A stretch of 64,000 bases of DNA from Acidimicrobiales bacterium (GTDB lineage: Bacteria > Actinomycetota > Actinomycetes > Mycobacteriales > QHCE01), in the NCBI GenBank assembly GCA_003243955.1, contig QHCE01000009.1, positions 5,225 to 69,224 on the forward strand, in the 5' to 3' direction. The position numbers and the translations under genes are program-made. Within the stretch, counting starts at the first letter, position 1. Each line of letters begins with the position of its first letter. Under the pieces are notes generated by a model, which was not told the DNA's origin, did not search any database, and saw only the letters and a list, made by a program, of their open reading frames with translations. Shown one piece after another: positions 10,907 through 21,400 of the stretch.

Positions 10907-12760
10907 GTGCGCGAATTCAGCATCCCTTCAGCCGTGGAGGTATCGGCGGAAGCCAACCTCGCTGACCCGGTCTGGCAGAACGCCGAAAGCCATCCCGATG
11001 AGATCGCCGTGCAGATTCTTCACGACGGCTTTCACCACGACAAAGTTGAGGAGATTAGCTACGCTGCGCTACGCGACAACGTAAGCGCGGTTGCGGCCGG
11101 ACTTATCGCTCATGGTGTGCAACCGGGAGAACGAGTAGCGATCATGTCGCGCACCCGATATGAGTGGATGCTCCTGGACTATGCCATCTGGTCGGTGGGT
11201 GGGGTCGTCGTGCCAATTTATCCCACCTCGTCGGTGAGCCAAATCGAATGGATGCTCTCCGACTCCGGCGCGGTAGCGTGCGTCGTGGAAAACCACGAAC
11301 AGCAACGGCTGCTGGACCAACTGGCACCCGCGCTGCCCGCGCTGCGACACATATGGCGAATTGAGACAACAGAAACTAAAACAGTAGAGACAGGTACGGC
11401 GGCCGCTGATCAGACATCTGGCGCTATTGCCACGCTCACGGCGGCCGGAACAACCGTTGATCCAATCCAGGTAACCAACCGCCGTGCCGCGCTGCGGGCG
11501 AGTGATCTAGCTACGATTATCTACACTTCAGGCACTACAGGTAAATCCAAAGGTTGCCGCATATTGCACCGCACCTTGCTCTTCGGTGTCTGTAACGGCA
11601 TGACAGTGTGCAGGCTCCTACTGAACCCGAGCGCCTCGACGTTAATGTTTCTCCCCTTGGCCCACGTGCTCGCACGCGAGATCCAATGTGGCGCCTTATC
11701 GACCCGCACCACTCTCGCATACAGCCCTGACACTAAGCAGCTGCTGAAAGACTTGGCACAGTTCGCTCCGACCATGCTGCTCGCGATCCCTCGAGTTATG
11801 GAACGGCTGTTCAACGGCGCGCAACAAAAAGCTCTCGCCGCTGGAAAAAGCCGAACCTTTAACGCGGCCGTAAACATCGCGATCAGCTACAGCATTGCTT
11901 TTGAGACCGGGACGGTTGGACTGAGGCTACGACTGCTGCGGGCAGTTTTCGACTTGCTGGTTTACCGCAAACTACGGGCGAGCCTGGGTGGACGGTGCAC
12001 ACGCGTACTTTCGGGCGGCGCCCCGCTGAGCACTAGGCTGGGGCACTTCTTTCGCGGCGCCGGTGTCACTGTCTACGAAGGTTACGGACTCACCGAAACC
12101 ATGGCTGCATGCACCGTCAACACTCCGGAGCACAATAAGATCGGCACTGCTGGCCGTCCGCTTCCTGGCGTGACCATACGCATCGCCGACGACGGCGAAG
12201 TATTGGTCAAAGGCGCCCTCGTCTTCGATGGCTACTGGCGCGACGAAGCCGCAACCGCACAAGCGCTGGATGACCAAGGCTGGCTATACACCGGCGACAT
12301 TGGCGCGCTCGACGAAGCCGGGTTTCTGCGGATCACGGGGCGCAAAAAGGAGTTGATTGTGACTTCGACGGGTAAGAACGTCGCGCCTGCACCGCTGGAA
12401 GACGCGCTGCGAGCCCATCCATTGATCAGTCAATGCATGGTGGTAGGTGACAACAAGCCCTTCATTGGGTGTTTGATCACTCTCGATATCGAAATGCTGA
12501 CCGCACGGCGAGAACTCGATGACGCGGCTGGGTCAGACAACGGCGCACCGCTGCACAGTGACCCCGCCCTGCACGCCCAACTCCAAGCGGCAGTCGATGC
12601 GGTAAACGCCACGGTTTCCCACTCTGAGGCGATCAAAGGGTTCCGCGTCTTATCCGAGGACTTCAGTGTGGAGAACGGCGAGCTGACCCCAAGCCTAAAG
12701 GTCAAGCGGGCCGTAATCGCCCAACGCTACGCTTGCGAGATTGCGGCTATCTATGGCTGA
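10907..12760 (+). CDS. Long-chain fatty-acid--CoA ligase (AMP-dependent synthetase, FadD15-like)
   Basis: AMP-binding motifs IIYTSGTTGKSKG, YEGYGLTET and YTGDIG are present, and the RBS AAAGGAG lies upstream of GTG 10907. Confidence 0.85.
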   Translation: MREFSIPSAVEVSAEANLADPVWQNAESHPDEIAVQILHDGFHHDKVEEISYAALRDNVSAVAAGLIAHGVQPGERVAIMSRTRYEWMLLDYAIWSVGGVVVPIYPTSSVSQIEWMLSDSGAVACVVENHEQQRLLDQLAPALPALRHIWRIETTETKTVETGTAAADQTSGAIATLTAAGTTVDPIQVTNRRAALRASDLATIIYTSGTTGKSKGCRILHRTLLFGVCNGMTVCRLLLNPSASTLMFLPLAHVLAREIQCGALSTRTTLAYSPDTKQLLKDLAQFAPTMLLAIPRVMERLFNGAQQKALAAGKSRTFNAAVNIAISYSIAFETGTVGLRLRLLRAVFDLLVYRKLRASLGGRCTRVLSGGAPLSTRLGHFFRGAGVTVYEGYGLTETMAACTVNTPEHNKIGTAGRPLPGVTIRIADDGEVLVKGALVFDGYWRDEAATAQALDDQGWLYTGDIGALDEAGFLRITGRKKELIVTSTGKNVAPAPLEDALRAHPLISQCMVVGDNKPFIGCLITLDIEMLTARRELDDAAGSDNGAPLHSDPALHAQLQAAVDAVNATVSHSEAIKGFRVLSEDFSVENGELTPSLKVKRAVIAQRYACEIAAIYG

Positions 12761-13883
12761 ACAAGAAGAGTATCTACAAGCAGCCCGGCTGCTCACTCAA
12801 CTACGTACCATCGCCCGGCAACTTCCCGGCACACTAGATCCCGTTGGAATCGCCGAGCACCTACTCGACGAGCTGCGCAGCATCATTCCAGCCGATAAGG
12901 CGGCGGCGTTCACCGCGAGTGGTGGCGGCCGTTTGGAGGTACTTGCGCAGCGTGGTCAGAATCGAGCCGCCTGGGAAACCTCTCTGGATAGCGATTCCCC
13001 CATCGCAGAAGCATGGGCAACACAACAGCCTGCGTTGCTTACCCGATCGGTTACCCGCATTGATGGTGACGGGCCGCGTGGAGCGGCCACCGGAGTAGTG
13101 CTGCCGCTCGTCACTGGGGTAAGGACAGTTGGCCTCATCGTATTGCAGGCGGACGCCTCTGACGCTTCGCCAACGTCTGATTCGGTAGAGCGCGCCGCGC
13201 AGATTACTCGCAGCGCCGCACTTCGACTGGAGACAGCCCTGCTCTTCGACGAGGTACGCAGCCTTGCTACAGCGCAGGAGCGACAACGTTTGGCGCGTGA
13301 GATACACGACGGAATCGCTCAAGAACTAGTGATTGTTGGGTACGCGCTAGACAACGCGATTGCTGAAATTGCCAGTGAAACACCTCGCCTAGACTCGGCC
13401 ACCAAGCAGCTGGAAACGCTGCGCGCGGAAGTTACCCGCATGATCACTGAGCTACGCTTGAGCTTATTCGAGCTGCGTAGCGACGTTGATCGACACGGCG
13501 GCTTAGGTAGCGCGATCGCTGAGTACGCCCGAACCGTGGGCAGCTCCGCTGGTTTGCGAGTGCATCTGAGCCTGGGTGAGTCGACTGCCCGGCTTCCCGC
13601 AGCCGTCGAATCTGAGCTGCTGCGGATTGCCCAAGAGGCCATTACAAACGCCCGTAAACACGCAAAAGCCGCGAACTTGTGGGTAAGCTGTGATGTAGAT
13701 CCACCTCGAGCGCAGCTGAAAATCAGCGACGACGGCACCGGTTTGAGTAGCAAGCAGCGGCGAAAGGACAGCTATGGCATGTCCATTATGGCCGAAAGGG
13801 CCCAACGCATCCGGGCTTGCCTGTCGATAACGACCCGCGAACCGAACGGAACAGTCGTTAGCGTGTCGCTAGGGGACAATTGA
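12753..13883 (+). CDS. GAF-domain sensor histidine kinase (HisKA_3 / NarL-partner type)
   Basis: H-box ERQRLAREIHDGIAQEL and ATPase N-box EAITNARKHAKA are present. ATG 12753 overlaps the fadD stop (ATGGCTGA). Confidence 0.8.
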   Translation: MAEQEEYLQAARLLTQLRTIARQLPGTLDPVGIAEHLLDELRSIIPADKAAAFTASGGGRLEVLAQRGQNRAAWETSLDSDSPIAEAWATQQPALLTRSVTRIDGDGPRGAATGVVLPLVTGVRTVGLIVLQADASDASPTSDSVERAAQITRSAALRLETALLFDEVRSLATAQERQRLAREIHDGIAQELVIVGYALDNAIAEIASETPRLDSATKQLETLRAEVTRMITELRLSLFELRSDVDRHGGLGSAIAEYARTVGSSAGLRVHLSLGESTARLPAAVESELLRIAQEAITNARKHAKAANLWVSCDVDPPRAQLKISDDGTGLSSKQRRKDSYGMSIMAERAQRIRACLSITTREPNGTVVSVSLGDN

Positions 13884-13961
13884 CCCCTTGGACACGGTAA
13901 CGTTGTATTCACTAGAAGCCCCGTGAGGGCCTACGGGAGCCGATGAGGAGCAAGAGTAGAC

Positions 13962-14678
13962 ATGACGACCCCAGGACTGAACCCGCCGCCCGGCTCGCGT
14001 CCTCCGCATATGCCGCTACGCGAGCAGCGGGCCAACGTCACCACCGTTCTATTAGTGGATGACCACGATCTGATTCGTCAAGGACTGCGGCACGCTTTCG
14101 AACGAGACCCGGAGTTTCGCGTGGTCGCCGAAGCAAGCACGGTCAAGGACGCGGTAGCCCGTGCCAATGAACTGCGGCCGGACGTCGTGATCATGGATCT
14201 ACGTTTACCGGACGGAAGTGGACTCGATGCCACTCGGGCGCTGCGCTCCTCTCGCTCCGATATCGGCATTGTAGTGCTTACTATGTACGCGGGTGACGAT
14301 CAGCTTTTTGGGGCCCTCGAGGCCGGTGCCAGCGCTTTCGTTCCAAAGAACGCCCCGGCCGACGAGGTTGTGGCGGCCGCGAAGCATGCCAAATCCTCCC
14401 CTAACGCGTTCACGGCGTCCGATCTTGCTGAGGCGATGAAGCGGCGGCTCACGCCCAGCGGACCCCACTTGTCGCCACGTGAGGGTCAAGTGCTCAAACT
14501 CCTGGCTGATGGGATGAGCGTCGCGGGCATCGCCAAGCAGCTCTATGTGTCTGAATCTACCGCTAAAACCCACATCTCCAAGCTGTACGAGAAGCTTGGC
14601 GCCGGAAATCGGGCGCAAGCGCTGATGACCGCGCTACGAGTCGGCCTACTGGAATCACCGCACCAAGGCGACGTGTAA
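13962..14678 (+). CDS. Response regulator, NarL/LuxR family
   Basis: It has a REC domain (VLLVDDHDLIRQGL..VVIMDLRLPDGSG) plus a LuxR HTH (LSPREGQVLKLLADGMSVAGIAKQLYVSESTAKTHISKLYEKLG), with RBS GAGGAG upstream. Confidence 0.88.
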   Translation: MTTPGLNPPPGSRPPHMPLREQRANVTTVLLVDDHDLIRQGLRHAFERDPEFRVVAEASTVKDAVARANELRPDVVIMDLRLPDGSGLDATRALRSSRSDIGIVVLTMYAGDDQLFGALEAGASAFVPKNAPADEVVAAAKHAKSSPNAFTASDLAEAMKRRLTPSGPHLSPREGQVLKLLADGMSVAGIAKQLYVSESTAKTHISKLYEKLGAGNRAQALMTALRVGLLESPHQGDV

Positions 14679-14707
14679 GTACGGCGTTTTCCCTGAAAAC
14701 GTCGTAC
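14679..14707 (+). terminator. Stem-loop immediately after the response-regulator stop
   Basis: GTACGGCGTTTTC-cct-GAAAACGTCGTAC forms a 13-bp stem with one mismatch. There is no clear U-tract. Confidence 0.45.
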
Positions 14708-14715
14708 TTAAGCTC

Positions 14716-14752
14716 GTGATTAGGACATTTTCCGGGAAAATGTCCTAATCAC
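14716..14752. terminator. Perfect 18-bp-arm palindrome between convergent genes (possible bidirectional terminator or protein site)
   Basis: GTGATTAGGACATTTTCC-g-GGAAAATGTCCTAATCAC. Confidence 0.4.
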
Positions 14753-14777
14753 ATTGGCGCATAAGGCTGAGAACCGC

Positions 14778-15899
14778 TCACGGACGCAGTAAACACGTCA
14801 TCCGCGCCGCGATGGTGTCCCAACGCCATGCCCGTTCCACCCATGCTCGGCCGGCCTGTCCCATCTTGGCCGCGAGTACAGGATCGGTCAGGACCTCAAC
14901 CTGCCGGGCCGCAATTTCATCGACATCGCGGCCATCTATCACGTATCCTGTCTCGCCGTGCCGCACGGCATCCGGCGCACCGCCGGAGTTGCCCGCTAGC
15001 ACCGGCAGCCCAGTGGCCGAGGCCTCCAAGTACACGATTCCCAAGCCTTCAACGTCCATACCCGCGCGACGGGTACGACACGGCATCGCAAAAACATCTC
15101 CGGCGGCATAATGGCTGGGTAGCTGCGCCGACGGCACCACTCCGGTGAAAACTACATGTTCGGCTGCCCCCACACTGCGAGCCAGTCGGCGCAGCCGGCC
15201 CTCATCTTTGCCTCCGCCGACCAGTAGCAAAGTGGCGCCGGGAACACTGCGCTGCACGACCGGCAGGGAACGAATCAACATGTCTTGCCCCTTGCGGGGT
15301 ACCAATCGGGACACGCACACCACCACTGGCCGATTACCTAGGCCATGCCGTCGCCGAACGCTAGACCCGTCCACATCTGGAGAATATGCCTCGGTATCCA
15401 CCCCTGGGGGCAACCACGCTAGCTCAGTACGCTCACCCAAGGCCCAAGCAAGCCGTTGCCGTGTGTACTCGCCCAGATAGGTAACCACGTCCACTTGCGC
15501 AGCGATACGCCGCAGCAGACTACGCGCGCCCGGCAAGGCCGCCCATCCGACCTCATGCCCATGGGTCTGCGCAATGATCCGCTGCACACCAGCTCGGCGT
15601 AGTGCTGGCGCGAGCAAGCCCAGCGGCGCCGCGGCGCCAAACCATGCCGTGTCACATGCATATGTCGTCACCAGCTTCGCGACACGCCGGGCCACGGTTG
15701 GAGTCGGCAATAGCATCGGGCCAGGATGGCGGATCACCAGAAATGGTTGCTGGGCGTCAAACTCCACATAACCAGGCGACGAAGAGGCGAATACCACAAG
15801 TCGATCGGTAGATATCCGCAGCGCCAGCTGGTGCACAAATGCTTGAATTCCACCAGGGCGCGGCGGGAAATCATTCGTAACCAGTAGCGTGTTCATCAT
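14778..15899 (-). CDS. GT4 glycosyltransferase, PimB'-like phosphatidylinositol mannoside mannosyltransferase
   Basis: It has the N-terminus MMNTLLVTNDFPPRPGGIQ and the C-terminal GT-B motif EGLGIVYLEASATGLPVLAGNSGGAPD. It lies between fadD15-like and ripC-like genes, as I recall for M. tuberculosis. Confidence 0.78.
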   Translation of the reverse strand: MMNTLLVTNDFPPRPGGIQAFVHQLALRISTDRLVVFASSSPGYVEFDAQQPFLVIRHPGPMLLPTPTVARRVAKLVTTYACDTAWFGAAAPLGLLAPALRRAGVQRIIAQTHGHEVGWAALPGARSLLRRIAAQVDVVTYLGEYTRQRLAWALGERTELAWLPPGVDTEAYSPDVDGSSVRRRHGLGNRPVVVCVSRLVPRKGQDMLIRSLPVVQRSVPGATLLLVGGGKDEGRLRRLARSVGAAEHVVFTGVVPSAQLPSHYAAGDVFAMPCRTRRAGMDVEGLGIVYLEASATGLPVLAGNSGGAPDAVRHGETGYVIDGRDVDEIAARQVEVLTDPVLAAKMGQAGRAWVERAWRWDTIAARMTCLLRP

Positions 15900-15948
15900 T
15901 GCGATGACCCTCTGGATTGGCTAACAAGGATCACCGCCGGTTGACCGA

Positions 15949-17004
15949 TTATGGCTGCCCGATACCAGAGACGGGGCTGCCACCCGCACCATCCATCGAA
16001 GCTACGTGTATGGGACTGCCGGGTTGTGATGCGTGCACCACTTGGCCACCTCCGATGTACAGTGCGACGTGGAAAGCAGGCGAACCGTAGAACACCAGAG
16101 CGCCTGGTTGCATCTCTGAGCGGGACACTTTTTTAACAACGTTGTACTGGAGCTGGGCCGAGTGCGGCAACGATTTACCACCGGCGCGCCATGCCGCCAT
16201 AGTCAGACCGGAGCAGTCATACAAAGCGGGGCCCGCGGCACCCCACAGGTACATCTTTCCCTGTTGCGCTAGCGCAAATTGCACCGCCTTGGCCGCGTCG
16301 CCTACGCCTTGACCTGTGTAAGCGACGGCGCCATACACTCTGTCGCGGACACCTCCGGCGAGTTGCGAACGTAACGCCTGCCATTTGGCCAGGTCTTCAG
16401 TGATGGAGCTTTGCTTCTTTCGAACGATGTCAAGCTGCTTTTTTTGTTCCGTCATCTCATCGGTGATGGACTTTTCTTTCCCCTCCAACGCGCGCTTGGC
16501 TTTAGCCAGCTTCGCAATCTTTGTCTGACGGTCTTGCTGAATTTGTTGCAGTACCGTGAACTGCTCAATCGTGGAGGAAGCATTCCGACTGCCCGCAATC
16601 AACGACATGGGTTCGAGGTTGCCTTGGCTATATACAAGGTTAGCGAGCTTGCCGACCTCAGCTTGATGTTTGGTGACCTCTGAGCGCGCGGCCTGGACCT
16701 GCGGTTGAAGCTGGGCCGCTGTGTCTTGGCTCTTCTGCACAACCACACGTGCCTGATCAAACTCTTCGGTAGCCGCAGCCATCTTGCTCTGCAGCTCATC
16801 AATCTGCTGCCGGGCCTGGCTCACCGTGGGCTCAGTCTTCACTCCGCCCCGCACGGCCTGGCTAACGCTCGCAGCCGCACTGTCGCTTCCGGCGAAGACG
16901 AGGACGGCACAGAGCGCACAGTTCGCAAAAAAAGCTAGCGCGCGGGTGGGGAAGTTGGCTCGGGACAATGCCACGAGTACGTACTCACTTTCTGCAGCGG
17001 ACAT
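15949..17004 (-). CDS. Secreted NlpC/P60 peptidoglycan endopeptidase with N-terminal coiled coil (RipC-like)
   Basis: It has a hydrophobic N-terminus, then about 200 aa of coiled coil, then a C-terminal NlpC/P60 domain: YLWGAAGPALYDCSGLTMAAW...HVALYIGGGQVVHA. Confidence 0.85.
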   Translation of the reverse strand: MSAAESEYVLVALSRANFPTRALAFFANCALCAVLVFAGSDSAAASVSQAVRGGVKTEPTVSQARQQIDELQSKMAAATEEFDQARVVVQKSQDTAAQLQPQVQAARSEVTKHQAEVGKLANLVYSQGNLEPMSLIAGSRNASSTIEQFTVLQQIQQDRQTKIAKLAKAKRALEGKEKSITDEMTEQKKQLDIVRKKQSSITEDLAKWQALRSQLAGGVRDRVYGAVAYTGQGVGDAAKAVQFALAQQGKMYLWGAAGPALYDCSGLTMAAWRAGGKSLPHSAQLQYNVVKKVSRSEMQPGALVFYGSPAFHVALYIGGGQVVHASQPGSPIHVASMDGAGGSPVSGIGQP

Positions 17005-17310
17005 TTGCGTATACCGGGGGTGGCAAACAAGAGGGCAACGGTACGGAGTAGCTCAAAGCCCCGCAACCCCCTGTGGCGTGCCTCACGAAGACTGATCTCT
17101 GGTCAGAAAAACGAACAAAAAACCACAATTTGCCCAAATGCATGAAGACCTAATGCCGCAAATAGAACAATCTGCCCCAGGCACAGTGCTGTCGACCCTA
17201 CATCCCTGCCCGACTCCTTCAACCCAGACCCCAAGTCGTCAGGCGGGCACGGCCCTCTTTTCCCACAACTTCTACGAAGTTCCCCAGATATGTTTCTCGC
17301 TCTAACCATT

Positions 17311-17450
17311 ACCCCTGGAGTCGGAGCGGAGGCGCTGCGGGCGGGGATGAGATGCAAGGCGGAGAAGGAGACGCATGTGGGCTATGCGCGACGACGACGC
17401 CGCGGATCGCCGCGTCAACCACGCTATGCGTCTGCACAATCAGGGGCTGG
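17311..17450 (+). repeat. Family-1 repeat, diverged core-only copy
   Basis: GATGCAAGGCGGAGAAGGAG-ACGCATgtgggctATGC-GCGACGACGAC-GCCGCGGatcgCCGCG...CAGGGG is collinear with the family-1 core. The hairpins keep their position but have different sequence. No terminal closing arms were recognised. Confidence 0.45.
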
Positions 17451-18339
17451 TCAATACCCCGAGGATAATGCCGATAGCAAACAAGGCCAGCAGAGTCCCC
17501 ATCACTAGCAGTGCGACCCAGCCGCGCACACCCTGCGCCTCTGGCTGTGCGGGTGCCGAATGCCCTATAATAGCACGTTCATGTAAGCCAGTGGGCGACC
17601 ACCAACTTGGCTTAGTGGAGGCCGCGAGGCGCTTCGTCGGGGGCTGAGCGGGAGGAGAGGCATCTACGAGTCGGGCCGGTGCGGCATCTGGGGGGGTGCT
17701 GCTTAAGCTGTCACGGATAGCTTGGGCCAGTACATGACTAGAAGCGCTTAGCGCACTGTATTCAGTCGAGGGGGGCGGATCGTTATCGACACTCGAATTG
17801 TTATCTACTCCCGAGACTGCAACCGAACCAAAACCTAAGGCGGATACTTCATCGGGTAGCTCGGTGGGGGAAGACTCCATAGGCTGCGCCGGCAGCACTC
17901 CACCATCACGTTGGGCGTACAACTCTTTCTCCCGCTGCCGCAGCAAAGCGGCCTCATGGCCAAGCTGCAGCCACGGCCGCCCGGCTCGTACCGCTGCTAC
18001 CCCAGTTGCGGGAACGCCGAGCACGAATAGGGCGCCCAGCAGCAGACCGATGCCGCTTTCGCCTCGAACAAAACTCATCAGCGAGCCGACTGATAGGACA
18101 ATGAGCGCGAGTGCGGCAAAGGCGAGCTTGAAGAAAACTCCGACTGACAAGGCGGAGCGCATACGCTGTCGTAGTTTGCCCAGCCGCGTGCAGATCTGCT
18201 CTAGCTCTAGCTCTACGCCCTGCGCTTGGTTGGCGCGATGCCGCCCAGCCGATGGTGTGGACTCGTCGAAAGGATCGAAATCGGCATCGAATACCGATGC
18301 ATAATACGCCGATTTTCTGGTTTGAGTGTCGCTCCTCAC
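17440..18339 (-). CDS. Hypothetical membrane protein (299 aa)
   Basis: ORF-track ORF with TM segments (VGVFFKLAFAALALIVLSVGSL; WVALLVMGTLLALFAIGIILGVL) and a Pro/Ser-rich disordered middle. I recognise no family. Confidence 0.45.
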   Translation of the reverse strand: MRSDTQTRKSAYYASVFDADFDPFDESTPSAGRHRANQAQGVELELEQICTRLGKLRQRMRSALSVGVFFKLAFAALALIVLSVGSLMSFVRGESGIGLLLGALFVLGVPATGVAAVRAGRPWLQLGHEAALLRQREKELYAQRDGGVLPAQPMESSPTELPDEVSALGFGSVAVSGVDNNSSVDNDPPPSTEYSALSASSHVLAQAIRDSLSSTPPDAAPARLVDASPPAQPPTKRLAASTKPSWWSPTGLHERAIIGHSAPAQPEAQGVRGWVALLVMGTLLALFAIGIILGVLTSP

Positions 18340-18480
18340 CTAATTAACGATACTCAGCTCAGCAAATAGGGCAATAGATTAAGCTGGGATTACACTAGGG
18401 TGTGACCGATTCCATTGCAGGAATACCCCAAACCTCCCACATAGTGGGAAACTTCAACGCTCCGATCGCGTGCATGATCA

Positions 18481-21400
18481 TTAGTCACTATGAATTAAAG
18501 TACGCAACTGGCGCAGCAACACCGAAAGCGTAGCCAGATCGGCCGGAGTTCTATCCCCGAGCATGGCCATGGTATTTTGCACTCGACCAATGTGCACCTG
18601 GTTGTGCTGAGACCAAATCTGTAGCCGCTCCTGTGGCGGTAAGGACGTGGCAGTGCCGGCCAACACTTGGCGCACTATCCCGGCCAAAACCGCGTACAGG
18701 TCATAACGCATGGCCATACGAGCCAGTACACTCCACCGATCCCGCCGCGGCAGCTGGGTGACGCGATCAAACAGCGCATCCATCCCGAATCGTTCGCTAG
18801 CGGCGAAGTACACCTGCGCTACTGAATGCACTGGTTCGTTAGTCTGCGTAGCCAGCTCCACGACGTCAAGTAGCCCGAATCCGCACAGAGCCCCCATGCA
18901 ACGGCGCGCGATATTGTCAGGCACGCCTTGTTCGATGAGCTCCTCGACGTAACCGTGTATCACCGTCGCCTCTGAACCCACGAATAGCTCGGTCGCACCG
19001 GGTAGCAGCTCGGCAACACCTGAGCCTAGTCGGTGGATCTCTGCCGTAACATCAATCGAGCCGGCTCGATTTTGTAACAGCCAGCGAACGCCCCTATCGA
19101 GCACTCGCCGTAGCCGAGATACCACAGCAAGTTGCGCGCTTGTGGAAATTACGTTGTCTAGCTGGTGCATCTCGTCCCATAGTTCACGCAGGCCGAGCAC
19201 AGTGGCGACGACATGATAGGCGCGCAGTACGTCGGCCGGCTCAGCTCCGGTCTCTTCCACGGCACGGTATACAAATGAAATTCCGCCGCGGTTTACCGCC
19301 TGGTTCGCCAGTAAAGTTGTGACGATTTCGCGTCGCAGCGGGTGTCCAGCCATCTGTTCGGCGAATCGTTCGCGCAGCGGGGTGGGAAAGTAGCGCACTA
19401 AAATGTCGTTGCACCATGGCTCATCAGGCAGTGATGTCGGCAGTACATCCTCAGCCACGCCAATCTTGACGTAAGCCATGAGCACCGACAACTCTGGTGA
19501 AGTAAGCCCGACACCTTCGGCTTCGCGGCGTGCACACTCGGCATCCGACGGCAAAAATTCCAACTCTCGGTCTAGCCGACTGACAAGCTCCATAGAGTTC
19601 ATCAAGCGGCGGTGCACATTGATCAGCCGAGAAGAGAGGTATGTGGACAGCGCGAGCGAGTGGTCTTGCAGATAGTTGTCACTCAGCACCAGCTGCGCGA
19701 TCTCATCGGTCATGCAGGCCAGGAGGTCATTGCGCTCGGATACCTGCAGCACACCCGCTTGCGTGGCTTGGCTAAGCAGAATTTTGATGTTCACCTCATG
19801 GTCGGAAGTGTTCACCCCAGCGACGTTATCGATGGCATCTGTGTAGATACGGCCCCCGCGCTGCGCGAATTCGATACGTCCGCGCTGTGTGAGCCCGAGA
19901 TTGCCACCCTCGGCCACAACTTTCACCCGGAGCTCAGCACCGTTTACCCGCACTGCGTCGTTGGATTTATCACCCGCTTCCGAATGCGGCTCACCGGCTG
20001 CCTTTACGTAGGTTCCGATACCTCCGTTGAACAATAAGTCCGCCGGCGTCAGTAAAATAGCCTGGATCAGCTCAGGCGGCGAAAGTGCGGTGATCTCCGT
20101 ACCCGATGAGCTCAGCCCGATCCCCAGCGATCGACGCATCTGCGCCGAGATCGGGATCGACTTAACCTCCCGCGAGAAGACCCCGCCACCGGAGGAGATC
20201 AGCTCAGGTACGTAGTTCGCCCAGCTAGAGCTAGGAAGATCGAATAGTCGCTGTCGCTCAGCAAACGATGTGGTTGCATCAGGGTCAGGATCCACAAAAA
20301 TATGCCGGTGGTCAAACGCGGCTAGCAGCCGGATGTGGCGGGACAGCAGCATTCCATTACCGAACACGTCGCCGGACATGTCACCGATACCGACCACGGT
20401 GAACTCCTGGGTCTGCGTATCCACTCCGATACCCCGAAAGTGTTGCTTTACCGACTCCCAGGCGCCTCTAGCCGTGATGCCCATCGCCTTGTGGTCGTAG
20501 CCAGCAGAGCCACCAGAGGCAAACGCGTCATCAAGCCAGAAGCCGTAGCTCGCAGCCACTCCATTGGCAACATCGGAGAACGTCGCCGTGCCCTTGTCGG
20601 CCGCTACCACCAAGTAGGAGTCTGCGTCGTCGTGACAGACAACGTCGGGCGGAGGCACAATAACCCCATCAACCCGGTTGTCGGTAACATCGAGCAAGGC
20701 GCAAATAAACCAGGTGTAACAGGCCACTCCTTCGGCTCGCAGGGCAGCTGCGCCCTCGGTGGTCTTCGGCGGCCGCTTCAGCACGAAACCACCCTTGGAG
20801 CCCACCGGTACGATGACAGCATTCTTGGCCATCTGGGCCTTCACTAAGCCCAGAATCTCGGTCCGGAAGTCCTCTCGCCGATCCGACCAGCGCAACCCTC
20901 CGCGAGCAACCTTGCCAAACCGCAAATGCACACCCTCAAGGCGAGGCGAGTACACGAAGATTTCGAACTTAGGGCGCGGCTGTGGTAAGCCTGCAATCGC
21001 CGCTGGGTCCAGCTTGAATGCTAAGTACGGCTTGCGCGGAGTGTCTTTACCCCGCTGGAAAAAATTAGTACGCCGGGTCGCTGTGATCAATGTCAAGAAC
21101 GAACGTAATATCCGATCGGAATCAAGGCTGATGACCTCTTCCAACGCCACGTTGAGCTGTTTCCGAGTGCGCTCTATCAGTTCTTGCCGTAGCGCGTCCG
21201 ACCGCGCGTCGAGGCTGCCACAGGCCGGATTGAAGCTCACCTCAAATAGTGCAAGCAGCAACGTGGCGACATGCGGATACTGCACTAGGGTTCGTTGTAA
21301 ATACTCTTCGCTATACACCGTCCCGATCTGGCGCAGATATTTCGCATAGCCGCGCAGCACCATGATCTGGTCCCATCGGAGCCCAGCCCGTAGCACCAAT

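Noticed and set aside
17005-17439. c-di-AMP (ydaO) riboswitch upstream of the NlpC/P60 gene
   Set aside because: I found only scattered partial matches on the minus strand (GGGGAAC, GAGCUACUCCGUACCG vs CAGCUAACCUCGUAAGCG). I could not build the P1 pairing or the collinear conserved blocks, so I did not call it. It is kept only as a long-leader observation.
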